Positions 18,590 to 26,865 of a stretch of DNA of 64,000 bases are shown piece by piece. The position numbers and the translations under genes were made by a program. How positions within the stretch are numbered: the first letter of the stretch is position 1; each line of letters begins with the position of its first letter. The notes beneath the pieces were generated by a model. It saw only the letters and a list, made by a program, of their open reading frames with translations, made no database searches and was not told the DNA's origin. The DNA is from Planctomycetota bacterium (GTDB lineage Bacteria; Planctomycetota; UBA1135; UBA2386): positions 6,400,001 through 6,464,000 of the forward strand of contig JBKAGP010000001.1 of the NCBI GenBank assembly GCA_046290465.1, given 5' to 3'.

Positions 18590-20490
18590 CCGTGCGCCGC
18601 GACGGTGGTGGAGGCGGGCGTCTGCTGCTGCACGAACACGCGGTGCCACGACGACAGCACCAGCAGCGAGTGCAGCGTCAGCGCGTTGTGCGCGACGGTC
18701 TCGGGCGTCGCCATCAGCCCGTCGAGCCACGCGTGCGGGAACGTCTCGGCGACGAACGTGCCTTGGTCGCGCAGCATCGCGCGCACGGTCGGCATCGCGT
18801 CCGGCGACAGCCACCTGGTGACCGCGTTGGGGAAGCCGTGCTTCTTGCGCGTCGACACGTCGCCCGGCAGGTGGCGCTGCGCCAGCCGCCGCAGCAGCAG
18901 CTTGTTCTCGAACTTGTTGCCGAACTTGTGGTCGCCGTGGATCGACAGCGCGAACTCGGCGACGCGGTGGTCGAGGAACGGCACGCGGCCCTCGATCGAC
19001 ACGCCCATCGTGGTGCGGTCGAGCAGGCTCAACAGCTGGTGCGGCAGGTAGGTCTCGGTGTCGACGCACAGCTGCTGGTTGCGCGCGTCGAGGTCGCTCG
19101 CGGTCGCGAAGCACTCGGCGAGTTCCTGCAGGTGGTCGCGATGCACGAGGCCCTGCAGCGCGTCGCGGTCGGCGTCGCTGAGGTGCGTCATGGCGCGGCC
19201 GTGGTAGGGCAGGCGGTCGCGCCCGAACGCGCGGATCGCGGCGCGTTCCTTCGCCGGGCGGTGCATGCCGACGGCCCTGGCCGCCAGCCCGTCGCCGAGC
19301 ACGTGCGCCAGCAGCCGGTAGGCGGTGCAGCGCCCGGTCAGCCGGTAGTGCCCGTAACCGGCGAACAGCTCGTCGGCGCCGCTGCCGGCCAGCAGCACCT
19401 TGACGTGCTTCGCCGCGGCACGGCAGACCAGCAGCGACGAGAACACCGCGGGGTCGGCGACCGGCTCGTCGTTGAAGAACGTGGTCGCGTCGAGCTCGGC
19501 GAGGAAGTCGCCGGCCTCGGCGGTGATCTCGACCTGCTCGATGCCGAGCTTGCTGCTGACCTGCCGCGCGCAGTCGAGCTCGCCCGGATCGGTGTCCGGG
19601 AATGCGATCGTGAACGCCCGCACGTCGGCGGCGGCGCCGTTCTCGGTCAGCGCCTGGTGCGCGTAGTGCGCGATCAGGCTCGAGTCGAGGCCGCCCGACA
19701 GGCTGATGCCGACCGGCACGTCGGCGATCAGCTGCAGCCGCGTCGCGTCGGCGAGCAGCGCGTCGATCTCGTCGAGGCAGTCGCCGGTGCGCGGCGTGAC
19801 CTGCGGCGCCAGCCGCCACCAGCGCTCGCGGCGCGGCGGCCGGCCCTGCTGCAGCACCATGCGCTCGCCGGGCAGCAGCTTCTCGACGCCCCTGCAGATG
19901 GTCTGCGCGCCCGGCACGTAGAACAGCTCCAAGAACGGCACCACCTGCGCCGGGTCGATCTCGGCGTCGACGTAGCCACTCGCGAACAGCGTCTTCAGCT
20001 CGCTGCCGAACACCAGCTTGCCGTCGCGTTCGGCGAAGTAGAGCGGCTTGATGCCGAGCCGGTCGCGATACAGCCGGCAGCTGCGATCGCGGCCGTCGAG
20101 CACGCAGATCGCGAACATGCCGTTGAGCAGCTCGACGAAGTCCTCGCCGTAGTGCTCGTACAGGTGCGGCAGCACCGCGGCGTCCGAGCCCTTGTCGATC
20201 GCCACGCCGTGCTCGCGCCGCAGCTTGTCGCGCAGCTCGAGGTGGTTGTAGATCTCGCCGTTGAAGAACACCTGGATGCGCTCGTCACCGGCCTTGACCG
20301 GCTGGTCACCGGTGACCAGGTCGATGATCGCGAGGCGGCGGAAGCCGGCGCCGGCGAACGGCTCGACGACGATGTTCTGGGCATCGGGGCCGCGGTGCGC
20401 GATCGCCTGCGCCATCCCGGCGATGCGGGCGGCGAGGTCGTCGGGACGGGCCTCGGGATCGAGCAGGAAGATGCCGGCGAAGCCGCACAT
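18586..20490 (-). CDS. asnB: asparagine synthase-family glutamine amidotransferase (glycan-associated)
   Basis: MCGFAG, HRGPD, RRLAIIDL, FNGEIYNH, SLSGGLDSS, GADELFAGY, EGRVPFLDH. Confidence 0.93.
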   Translation of the reverse strand: MCGFAGIFLLDPEARPDDLAARIAGMAQAIAHRGPDAQNIVVEPFAGAGFRRLAIIDLVTGDQPVKAGDERIQVFFNGEIYNHLELRDKLRREHGVAIDKGSDAAVLPHLYEHYGEDFVELLNGMFAICVLDGRDRSCRLYRDRLGIKPLYFAERDGKLVFGSELKTLFASGYVDAEIDPAQVVPFLELFYVPGAQTICRGVEKLLPGERMVLQQGRPPRRERWWRLAPQVTPRTGDCLDEIDALLADATRLQLIADVPVGISLSGGLDSSLIAHYAHQALTENGAAADVRAFTIAFPDTDPGELDCARQVSSKLGIEQVEITAEAGDFLAELDATTFFNDEPVADPAVFSSLLVCRAAAKHVKVLLAGSGADELFAGYGHYRLTGRCTAYRLLAHVLGDGLAARAVGMHRPAKERAAIRAFGRDRLPYHGRAMTHLSDADRDALQGLVHRDHLQELAECFATASDLDARNQQLCVDTETYLPHQLLSLLDRTTMGVSIEGRVPFLDHRVAEFALSIHGDHKFGNKFENKLLLRRLAQRHLPGDVSTRKKHGFPNAVTRWLSPDAMPTVRAMLRDQGTFVAETFPHAWLDGLMATPETVAHNALTLHSLLVLSSWHRVFVQQQTPASTTVAAHG

Positions 20491-20550
20491 GTGGAGTCGT
20501 TCTGACGGGGGCGAGCGCTGCGGCGGGGGCGGCCCGCCATCGGATCCAGA

Positions 20551-21507
20551 CTATCGGGATCGCGGGTCCGATACTGGAGTTTCGAAGCGGGCCAACAGCC
20601 CGTCCACACCGAGTTCCGGCTTCATCGTGAGGATCTCGGGAAGGCGCCGCAGCCAGGTCGTCTGGCGACGGATCAGCTTGTGCGTGTTGCGGCGGATGCG
20701 GTTGCGCAGTTCGGTGCGGTCCTTCCAGCGGCCGCGCAGATGGTCGAGGCACTCGGCGTAGCCGATCGCCGCACCGGCGGTCCGGGAAAACCCACAGTCG
20801 TCGCGGATCGCGCGGGTCTCGTCGACCAGGCCTTCGTCGAGCATCCGTTCGGTGCGCGCCCTGACGCGTTGGTGCAGCTCGTCGCGGCCGCGCGTGATCC
20901 AGACGACGCGGCAGTCGCGCTGCCAGCCCTGCCGTTCGAACTGCTCCTGCTGGCTCGAGATCGTCCTGCCGGTCAGCTCGAGGACCTCGAGCGCGCGCAC
21001 CAGCCGGCGCAGGTCCTTGCGGTGGATGCGCGACGCCGCCTCCGGATCCCGCGTGCTCAGCTCCTCGTGCAGCACGCCGGGCTGGTCCGCTTCGCGCTGC
21101 TCGAGCCGCTGGCGGATCTCGGGGTCGGCCTGCGGGCCCTCCATCATGCCCTTGAAGAACGCCATCAGGTACAGCGGCGTGCCGCCGACGAACAGCGCCT
21201 TGCGGCCCGAGGCCAGCAGCTCCTGCAGCTTGTCGTCGGCCAGCCGGCACCAGCGCGCGGTGTCGAAGGTCTCGTCGGGATCGACCAGGTCGACCAGGTG
21301 GTGCGGCACCCGGGCGCGCTCGTCGGCCGTCGGTTTCGCCGTGCCGATGTCCATGCGGCGGTAGACCGCCATCGAGTCCATCGACAGGATCTCGCGGCCG
21401 GTGCGCTCGGCCAGCGCGACCGCCAGGGCCGTCTTGCCCGATGCGGTCGGGCCGGTGACGACCCACAGTGGGGGCGATCCAAGGGCTGCGTTCTGCGGTT
21501 CGCTCAA
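20551..21507 (-). CDS. miaA: tRNA dimethylallyltransferase
   Basis: GPTASGKT, DSMAVYRRMDIGTAKP, GGTPLYL, RLVRALEV, IGYAE, RRQTTW; start approximate (TTG 21507). Confidence 0.95.
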   Translation of the reverse strand: MSEPQNAALGSPPLWVVTGPTASGKTALAVALAERTGREILSMDSMAVYRRMDIGTAKPTADERARVPHHLVDLVDPDETFDTARWCRLADDKLQELLASGRKALFVGGTPLYLMAFFKGMMEGPQADPEIRQRLEQREADQPGVLHEELSTRDPEAASRIHRKDLRRLVRALEVLELTGRTISSQQEQFERQGWQRDCRVVWITRGRDELHQRVRARTERMLDEGLVDETRAIRDDCGFSRTAGAAIGYAECLDHLRGRWKDRTELRNRIRRNTHKLIRRQTTWLRRLPEILTMKPELGVDGLLARFETPVSDPRSR

Positions 21508-21582
21508 CGGTGGGGCGAAGTTAGCGGGTCGACCCTTCCGCGTCGCGCCCCAGCTCGGTACCTTCCTTCGCTTCCATAGCCG

Positions 21583-22347
21583 ATGATTGCGTTCCTCTCC
21601 GACATCCACAGCAACATCGAGGCGCTGACCAACTGCCTCGCCGAAGTCGACCAGCTCGGCGCCGACCGTCTGGTCTGCCTCGGCGATGTCATCGGCTACG
21701 GCCCTCAGCCTCGCGAGGCGCTGCGCACGATCATGGATCGCTGCGAGTTCTCGCTGCTCGGCAACCACGAGCACGGCGCGATGTTCTACGCCTCCGACTT
21801 CAACCCGCGCGCGCGCCAGGCAATCGACTGGACGCGGGACCAGCTCAACCGCCGCGACTGCCCGCGCGAGGAGAACATGCAGTTCTGGAACTACCTGGAC
21901 GGCATGAAGAAGGAGCACCGCGAGGCGTCGATGCTGTTCGTGCACGGTTCGCCGCGCGATCCGGTGCGCGAGTACATGGTGCCGCGCGACGTGCAGGACC
22001 AGCAGAAGATGGACGAGTGCTTCGCCAAGATGGGCGACGCCAGTCTCTGCTTCATCGGCCACAGCCACGTGCCCGGCGTCTACACCCGGTCGGGCAAGTT
22101 CTTGATGCCGTCGGAGATCGGCATGGAGTGGCAGGTCGACGAGCCCGCGATCGTCAACGTCGGTTCGGTCGGCCAGCCGCGCGACGGCGACGTGCGTTCG
22201 TCGTTCGTCACCTACGACGGCGACGGCACCGACGGCACCGTGCGCTTCTACCGAACCGAGTACGACGTCGAGACCACGATGGGGAAGATCCGCGGCATCG
22301 AAGAGCTGCCCGACTACCTCGCCGACCGCCTCGCGCAGGGGCGCTAG
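21583..22347 (+). CDS. metallophosphoesterase (calcineurin-like)
   Basis: SDIHSN, LGDVIGYG, GNHE, HGSP, GHSH, NVGSVGQPRDG. Confidence 0.92.
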   Translation: MIAFLSDIHSNIEALTNCLAEVDQLGADRLVCLGDVIGYGPQPREALRTIMDRCEFSLLGNHEHGAMFYASDFNPRARQAIDWTRDQLNRRDCPREENMQFWNYLDGMKKEHREASMLFVHGSPRDPVREYMVPRDVQDQQKMDECFAKMGDASLCFIGHSHVPGVYTRSGKFLMPSEIGMEWQVDEPAIVNVGSVGQPRDGDVRSSFVTYDGDGTDGTVRFYRTEYDVETTMGKIRGIEELPDYLADRLAQGR

Positions 22348-22437
22348 CCGCGGGCCCGCCCGCCGGCGGGATCGCCCCGATTGTCCGCACTGTTTGTCCG
22401 AATGTTCCGCGCGGTGACGCGGACCCCCGACCCCCTC

Positions 22438-24099
22438 ATGTCGACTGCACTCCGCTTCGTATTCCTGCTGCTGTGTGTGCCCGCGCTGTTGTTGGCGCAG
22501 GCCGAGACCGGCAAGACCGTCGAGTTCGGCGCGCCCGGTGAGATCGGCAGCTTCCGCGCCCGCTTCAGCAGGCAGACCGGCGGCATCGTCTGGCTGCAGG
22601 CGACCGACCACTACGTGTCGCTCGCCAAGGCGCGCAACGCCGAGCACGACCGCGGCGACTACCTGCTGCTGGTCGACAACACGGACCACTCGCTGCGCAT
22701 GTTCCAGGGCAACGGCGGGGTGTTCGCGAAGAACCCGGCCGATGCCGAGTGGCAGATCGACGAGATCGACGGCGGCGTCAGGCTGACGCTCGACGACGGC
22801 CAGGGCCTGGTGCTCGAGAAGGTGCTGCGCCACGACCCGGCCCAGCGCGGCTTCGTGATGGAGCTGACGCTGCGCAACGTCAGCTCGGACAAGTCCGGCA
22901 CGCAGGCGTTCTCGCTGCTCGGACCGGCGCTGGTCGTGCCGCAGCAGTCCGGCCTGTTCGGCGAGGTCGCGGTGTCGATCGCCGCGCCGATCGAAGGCGA
23001 CGCGCAGGATGTCGCGCCGTCGAAGGAAGGCAAGGTGCAGCAGCTGGCGGTGGCGCCGAGCATGCTGTCGTTCGCGGGCAGCACCAACCGCTTCTTCGGC
23101 GCGTTCGTCTACCCGCTCGACGAGACGAGCCGCACGACGTTGACGCAGTTCGAGGTGCTGACGGTGCCGCCGCGGCGGGACGTCGATCCGCCCGACAACA
23201 TGACGACGCGGATCCGCTACGGCCTGAACTTCACGATCCCGTCGAAGGGGCAGGCGAGCACCGCGAAGTACGGCCTCTACATCGGCCCGAAGTCCTACCG
23301 CGTGTTCGACACGCTCGACGATCCCGAGCGCTTCGCGCCGATCCTCGACGTCGACCTCGATCCGCCGTGCTGCGGCATCAGCATCCCGGGCGGCCGCTTC
23401 ATGGCGCAGACGCTGATCGTGTTGCTCGGCTGGTTCTATGACTTCCTGCACAACTGGGGCTTCGCGATCATCCTGCTGACGATCCTGGTGCGCGGCAGCA
23501 TGTTCCCGCTGAACTTCCGCATGCAGAAGTCGATGCGCGCCTACGGCAGCAAGATGGCCAAGCTGAAGCCGCAGCTCGAGAAGCTGAAGACGCAGTACGC
23601 CGACGACCAGAAGGGCTACCAGCAGGCGATGATCCAGTTCCAGCGCGAGCACAAGATCATGCCGCCGATCGGTGGTTGCCTGCCGATCTTCCTGACCATG
23701 CCGATCTACCTCGGCCTGTTCACCGCGCTGCGCACCGCCTACGACCTGCGCCAGCAGCCGTGGCTGTTCTGGATCGAGGACCTCAGCGTCAGCGACGCGC
23801 TGGTCCCGCTCGACTTCTGGCCGGGTGCGTTCAACCTGCTGCCGCTGCTCTGGATGGGCCTGTTCATCTTCATGACGCTGCGCCAGCCGCTGCCGACCGA
23901 TCCGCAGCAGCGCCAGATGCAGATGATGATGCGCTTCATGCCGATCCTGTTCGGCGTGATGCTCTACAACTACGCCTCGGCGCTGCTCCTCTACATGGTC
24001 ACGTCGATGCTCTGGTCCCTCGTCGAGAGCACAATCGTCAAGAAGATCCTCGGCCCGATGGACCCCAACGCCAGCGCCATGGCGCCAACCCCCATCTAA
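22438..24099 (+). CDS. yidC: membrane protein insertase YidC
   Basis: Periplasmic domain with YIGPK; NWGFAIILLTILVR, GGCLPIFL, WIEDLS, LLLY. Confidence 0.95.
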   Translation: MSTALRFVFLLLCVPALLLAQAETGKTVEFGAPGEIGSFRARFSRQTGGIVWLQATDHYVSLAKARNAEHDRGDYLLLVDNTDHSLRMFQGNGGVFAKNPADAEWQIDEIDGGVRLTLDDGQGLVLEKVLRHDPAQRGFVMELTLRNVSSDKSGTQAFSLLGPALVVPQQSGLFGEVAVSIAAPIEGDAQDVAPSKEGKVQQLAVAPSMLSFAGSTNRFFGAFVYPLDETSRTTLTQFEVLTVPPRRDVDPPDNMTTRIRYGLNFTIPSKGQASTAKYGLYIGPKSYRVFDTLDDPERFAPILDVDLDPPCCGISIPGGRFMAQTLIVLLGWFYDFLHNWGFAIILLTILVRGSMFPLNFRMQKSMRAYGSKMAKLKPQLEKLKTQYADDQKGYQQAMIQFQREHKIMPPIGGCLPIFLTMPIYLGLFTALRTAYDLRQQPWLFWIEDLSVSDALVPLDFWPGAFNLLPLLWMGLFIFMTLRQPLPTDPQQRQMQMMMRFMPILFGVMLYNYASALLLYMVTSMLWSLVESTIVKKILGPMDPNASAMAPTPI

Positions 24100-24102
24100 G
24101 TA

Positions 24103-24184
24103 GCCGTACGGTACCTGGTTCGTCCTCCAACTTCCGCGAGCGCGAGCGCTCGCGGAAGTTGGAGGACGACCAGGACTGTACGGC
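24103..24184. repeat. ~40-bp-arm near-perfect palindrome (family A; REP/MITE-like, possible bidirectional terminator)
   Basis: gccgtacggtacctggttcgtcctccaacttccgcgagcgc-ga-gcgctcgcggaagttggaggacgaccaggactgtacggc between convergent genes. Confidence 0.85.
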
Positions 24185-24189
24185 AAGGT

Positions 24190-25224
24190 TCAGGTGGGGA
24201 GGAGGAAGTCGAGCTGGAGGGCGCCGTCCTGCAGGCGGCGGACGGTGGCCTGGCCGCGGTGGCCGAGCACGACGGTCTGCGCCAGGAACAGGCCGAGGCC
24301 GTGGCTCTGGCCGCGGATCAAGCGCTGCGGGTAGAACGGCTCGAACGTGTTCGGCAGCTGCCAGGTCGACAGGCCCTGGCCGCGCGCGACCAGGCGGATG
24401 CGGCGCGCGTTGTCGGTGGCCTCGAGCTGCAGGTGGCTGTGGGGCACGACCGCGGCGAGTTCGTCGGCGAACTGCACGATCGCGGTCATCGCGAGGCCGA
24501 GCTGTTCGCGGTCGCCCTCGACGACCTGTTCGCCGGCCGGCATCTGCACGGTGGCCGTCGGCGTGCCCGGTGCGCGCTCGGCGATCGCCGCCGCGATCAG
24601 CGCTGCGACGTCGACCTCGGTGCGCGTGCCCGGTCCGTCGGCCGCCTGCGACAGCAGCCGCAGGCGGTCGACGGCCGCTTGGATGCGCTGCAGTCCGGCC
24701 AGCGCCGCGTCGACCTGGTCGCGCCGCGCCTGCTCGTCGCGCGGGTCGAACTGCGCGCGCAGCAGCTGCAGGTGGCCCGACACGAACAGCAGCGGGTTGT
24801 TGATCTCGTCGGCGAGGCCGTGCGCGAGGTCGACGAACAGCTCCGGCCGCGGGCGATCGCCGCCGTGCAGCATCTGTTCGAGCACGGCGGCCAGCTGACC
24901 CGGCGTGTCCGGGTAGATGATCAGCCGCGCCGAGAGCCGCGCCGCGATCGGGCCCATGGTCACCTCGCCGTGCGAATCGGTCACCACCGCGACCGCCAGC
25001 GCCGGCCACAGCCGCTGCAGCAGCTTGATCGCGCCGATGTCCTCACCCGGATGCTCGCCGAACCGGACCAGCAGCATGTCCGGCTGGAACCGCATCAGCA
25101 CTTCGGTGTCGCCGACCACCGACACCATCGGACGGACCTCCGGCTGCAGGGGCAGCTGGCGGAGGTCGCCGAGGAGGCGGTCGTCGACCTGGCCGACGAC
25201 GGCGATGCGAACGGGCCGATCCAT
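24190..25224 (-). CDS. degenerate receiver + HisKA/HATPase-like protein (probable pseudokinase)
   Basis: LADEINNPL (H-box His replaced by Asp), FEPFY, HGLGLFLA...HRG. Confidence 0.8.
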   Translation of the reverse strand: MDRPVRIAVVGQVDDRLLGDLRQLPLQPEVRPMVSVVGDTEVLMRFQPDMLLVRFGEHPGEDIGAIKLLQRLWPALAVAVVTDSHGEVTMGPIAARLSARLIIYPDTPGQLAAVLEQMLHGGDRPRPELFVDLAHGLADEINNPLLFVSGHLQLLRAQFDPRDEQARRDQVDAALAGLQRIQAAVDRLRLLSQAADGPGTRTEVDVAALIAAAIAERAPGTPTATVQMPAGEQVVEGDREQLGLAMTAIVQFADELAAVVPHSHLQLEATDNARRIRLVARGQGLSTWQLPNTFEPFYPQRLIRGQSHGLGLFLAQTVVLGHRGQATVRRLQDGALQLDFLLPT

Positions 25225-25378
25225 GAATGCGAATGCCTACGCAAGTCCTCTGCGGAACTTGCCGTAGGTGGGCGAGTACAGGCTAGAGCACCGGGGCTCC
25301 GGTGTCATCATACATGCTCGAAGAGCAGGGCGAGTGCGGGCTATCGGGCGAGCCTGCGCCAGGACGATACAGCGGAAC

Positions 25379-25768
25379 GTGACGGGGGAGCAGGACGATC
25401 CGCAGCAGCCGGGCGAGGCCGGGACCGAGACCCGGGCTCGCCTTCGTGTCGTGCAAGGTCCGATGCCATCGGATGGCGGCGACGAGGCTCCGCCGCCGGT
25501 GCGCCTGCGCCGCGAGTTCAAGGGGCTGACCGTCGCCGACCTGCATCGCGAAGAGGTTGCCGGCCGCCTGCCCGGCCAGGTCCGGTCGGCGCTGCAGCAT
25601 CTCGAGAACGGCGACGTCGCCGCGGCCGAGCACGCGATGCCGGGCGAGTTCGGTCGCGTGCTCGCCGGACCGGGCCACCGACGCCGCACGCGCTACGGTT
25701 GGTTGTTGCTGGTCGGGATCGTGGCGATCGCGACCGGGGTCGTCGTCGCCAACTGCTTGTTGTCCTGA
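25379..25768 (+). CDS. hypothetical protein with C-terminal TM helix
   Basis: ORF 25268..25768; start uncertain; C-terminal WLLLVGIVAIATGVVVANCLL. Confidence 0.55.
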   Translation: MTGEQDDPQQPGEAGTETRARLRVVQGPMPSDGGDEAPPPVRLRREFKGLTVADLHREEVAGRLPGQVRSALQHLENGDVAAAEHAMPGEFGRVLAGPGHRRRTRYGWLLLVGIVAIATGVVVANCLLS

Positions 25769-25842
25769 CCGAGGCACCGAGACCCAGGCAATTGCCGCTC
25801 GCACAACCGCCGTCGCCGACGCACTATGCGCACCCTGCAGCC

Positions 25843-26865
25843 GTGACCGAGACCGTTCGTCCGAACCCCGCCGAGAGCACCCCGATGGCCGCCGTGGCCG
25901 CGGAGGGCGACGTCGTGCCCGGCCTCAGCGTCGTCGTGCCGATCTACAACGAACGCGAGAACGTCGAGCCGCTGCACGAGTCGCTGTCCTACGCGCTGCA
26001 GGCGCTCGGCCGCAGCTACGAGATCGTGTTCATCGACGACGGCAGCTCGGACGGTTCGCGCGACGTGATGCGGCGGCTCGCCGCCAACGACCCACACCTG
26101 CGGCTGGTGTTCTTCCGGCGCAACTACGGGCAGACGGCCGCGATGGCTGCCGGCTTCCGCGCCTGCCGCGGCCGCACGGTCGTGTCGATGGACGGCGACC
26201 TGCAGAACGACCCGGCCGACATCGGCCGCCTGGTCGAGAAGCTCGAGGAGGGCTACGACGTCGTCTGCGGCTGGCGGCGCAACCGCCAGGACCGGGTCGC
26301 GACGCGCCTGCTGCCGTCGCGCATCGCCAACTTCCTGATCGCGCGCGTCACCGGCGCGCGCATCCACGACACCGGCTGCTCGCTCAAGGTCTACCGCAGC
26401 TGGGTGGTGCGTTCGCTGCACCTCTACTCCGACATGCACCGCTTCCTGGCCGCGCTCGGCGTCGGCCTCGGCGCGCGCATCACCGAACTGCCGGTGCGCC
26501 ACCACGCGCGCCGCGCGGGCGTCTCGAAATACGGGCTCGGCCGCGTCTTTCGGGTGCTGGCCGACCTCGTCGGCATCAAGATGCTGATCCAGTTCGCCGC
26601 CCACCCGATCCGCTGGTTCTCGCTGCTGGCGCTGCCGATGTTCGTGCTGTCCTGCCTGCTGTTCCTGCTCGGATTCGTCAAGTACACGCGCGAAGGCCTC
26701 GAGCTGTTCGGCGACTACGACATGGCGGCGGTGGCCGCCGGCTCGGTCGCGCTGCTGGTCACGATGAACGTGTTCCTGCTCGGGTTCCTCGCCGAGCTGC
26801 AGGTCAAGGTGTCGAAGTTCTTTCGCCAGCGCATCTCGGTCACCGCCAAGGAGGCCGCGCGATGA
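25843..26865 (+). CDS. glycosyltransferase family 2 (ArnC/GtrB-like)
   Basis: SVVVPIYNE, FIDDGSSD, RRNYGQTAA, MDGDLQNDP, HDTGCSLKVYR, SKYG, two C-terminal TMs. Confidence 0.92.
   Translation: MTETVRPNPAESTPMAAVAAEGDVVPGLSVVVPIYNERENVEPLHESLSYALQALGRSYEIVFIDDGSSDGSRDVMRRLAANDPHLRLVFFRRNYGQTAAMAAGFRACRGRTVVSMDGDLQNDPADIGRLVEKLEEGYDVVCGWRRNRQDRVATRLLPSRIANFLIARVTGARIHDTGCSLKVYRSWVVRSLHLYSDMHRFLAALGVGLGARITELPVRHHARRAGVSKYGLGRVFRVLADLVGIKMLIQFAAHPIRWFSLLALPMFVLSCLLFLLGFVKYTREGLELFGDYDMAAVAAGSVALLVTMNVFLLGFLAELQVKVSKFFRQRISVTAKEAAR

Noticed and set aside
20551..24186. 1211-aa ORF suggesting a giant MiaA fusion
   Set aside because: Only the last ~320 aa are MiaA; the rest is antisense to the phosphoesterase and yidC
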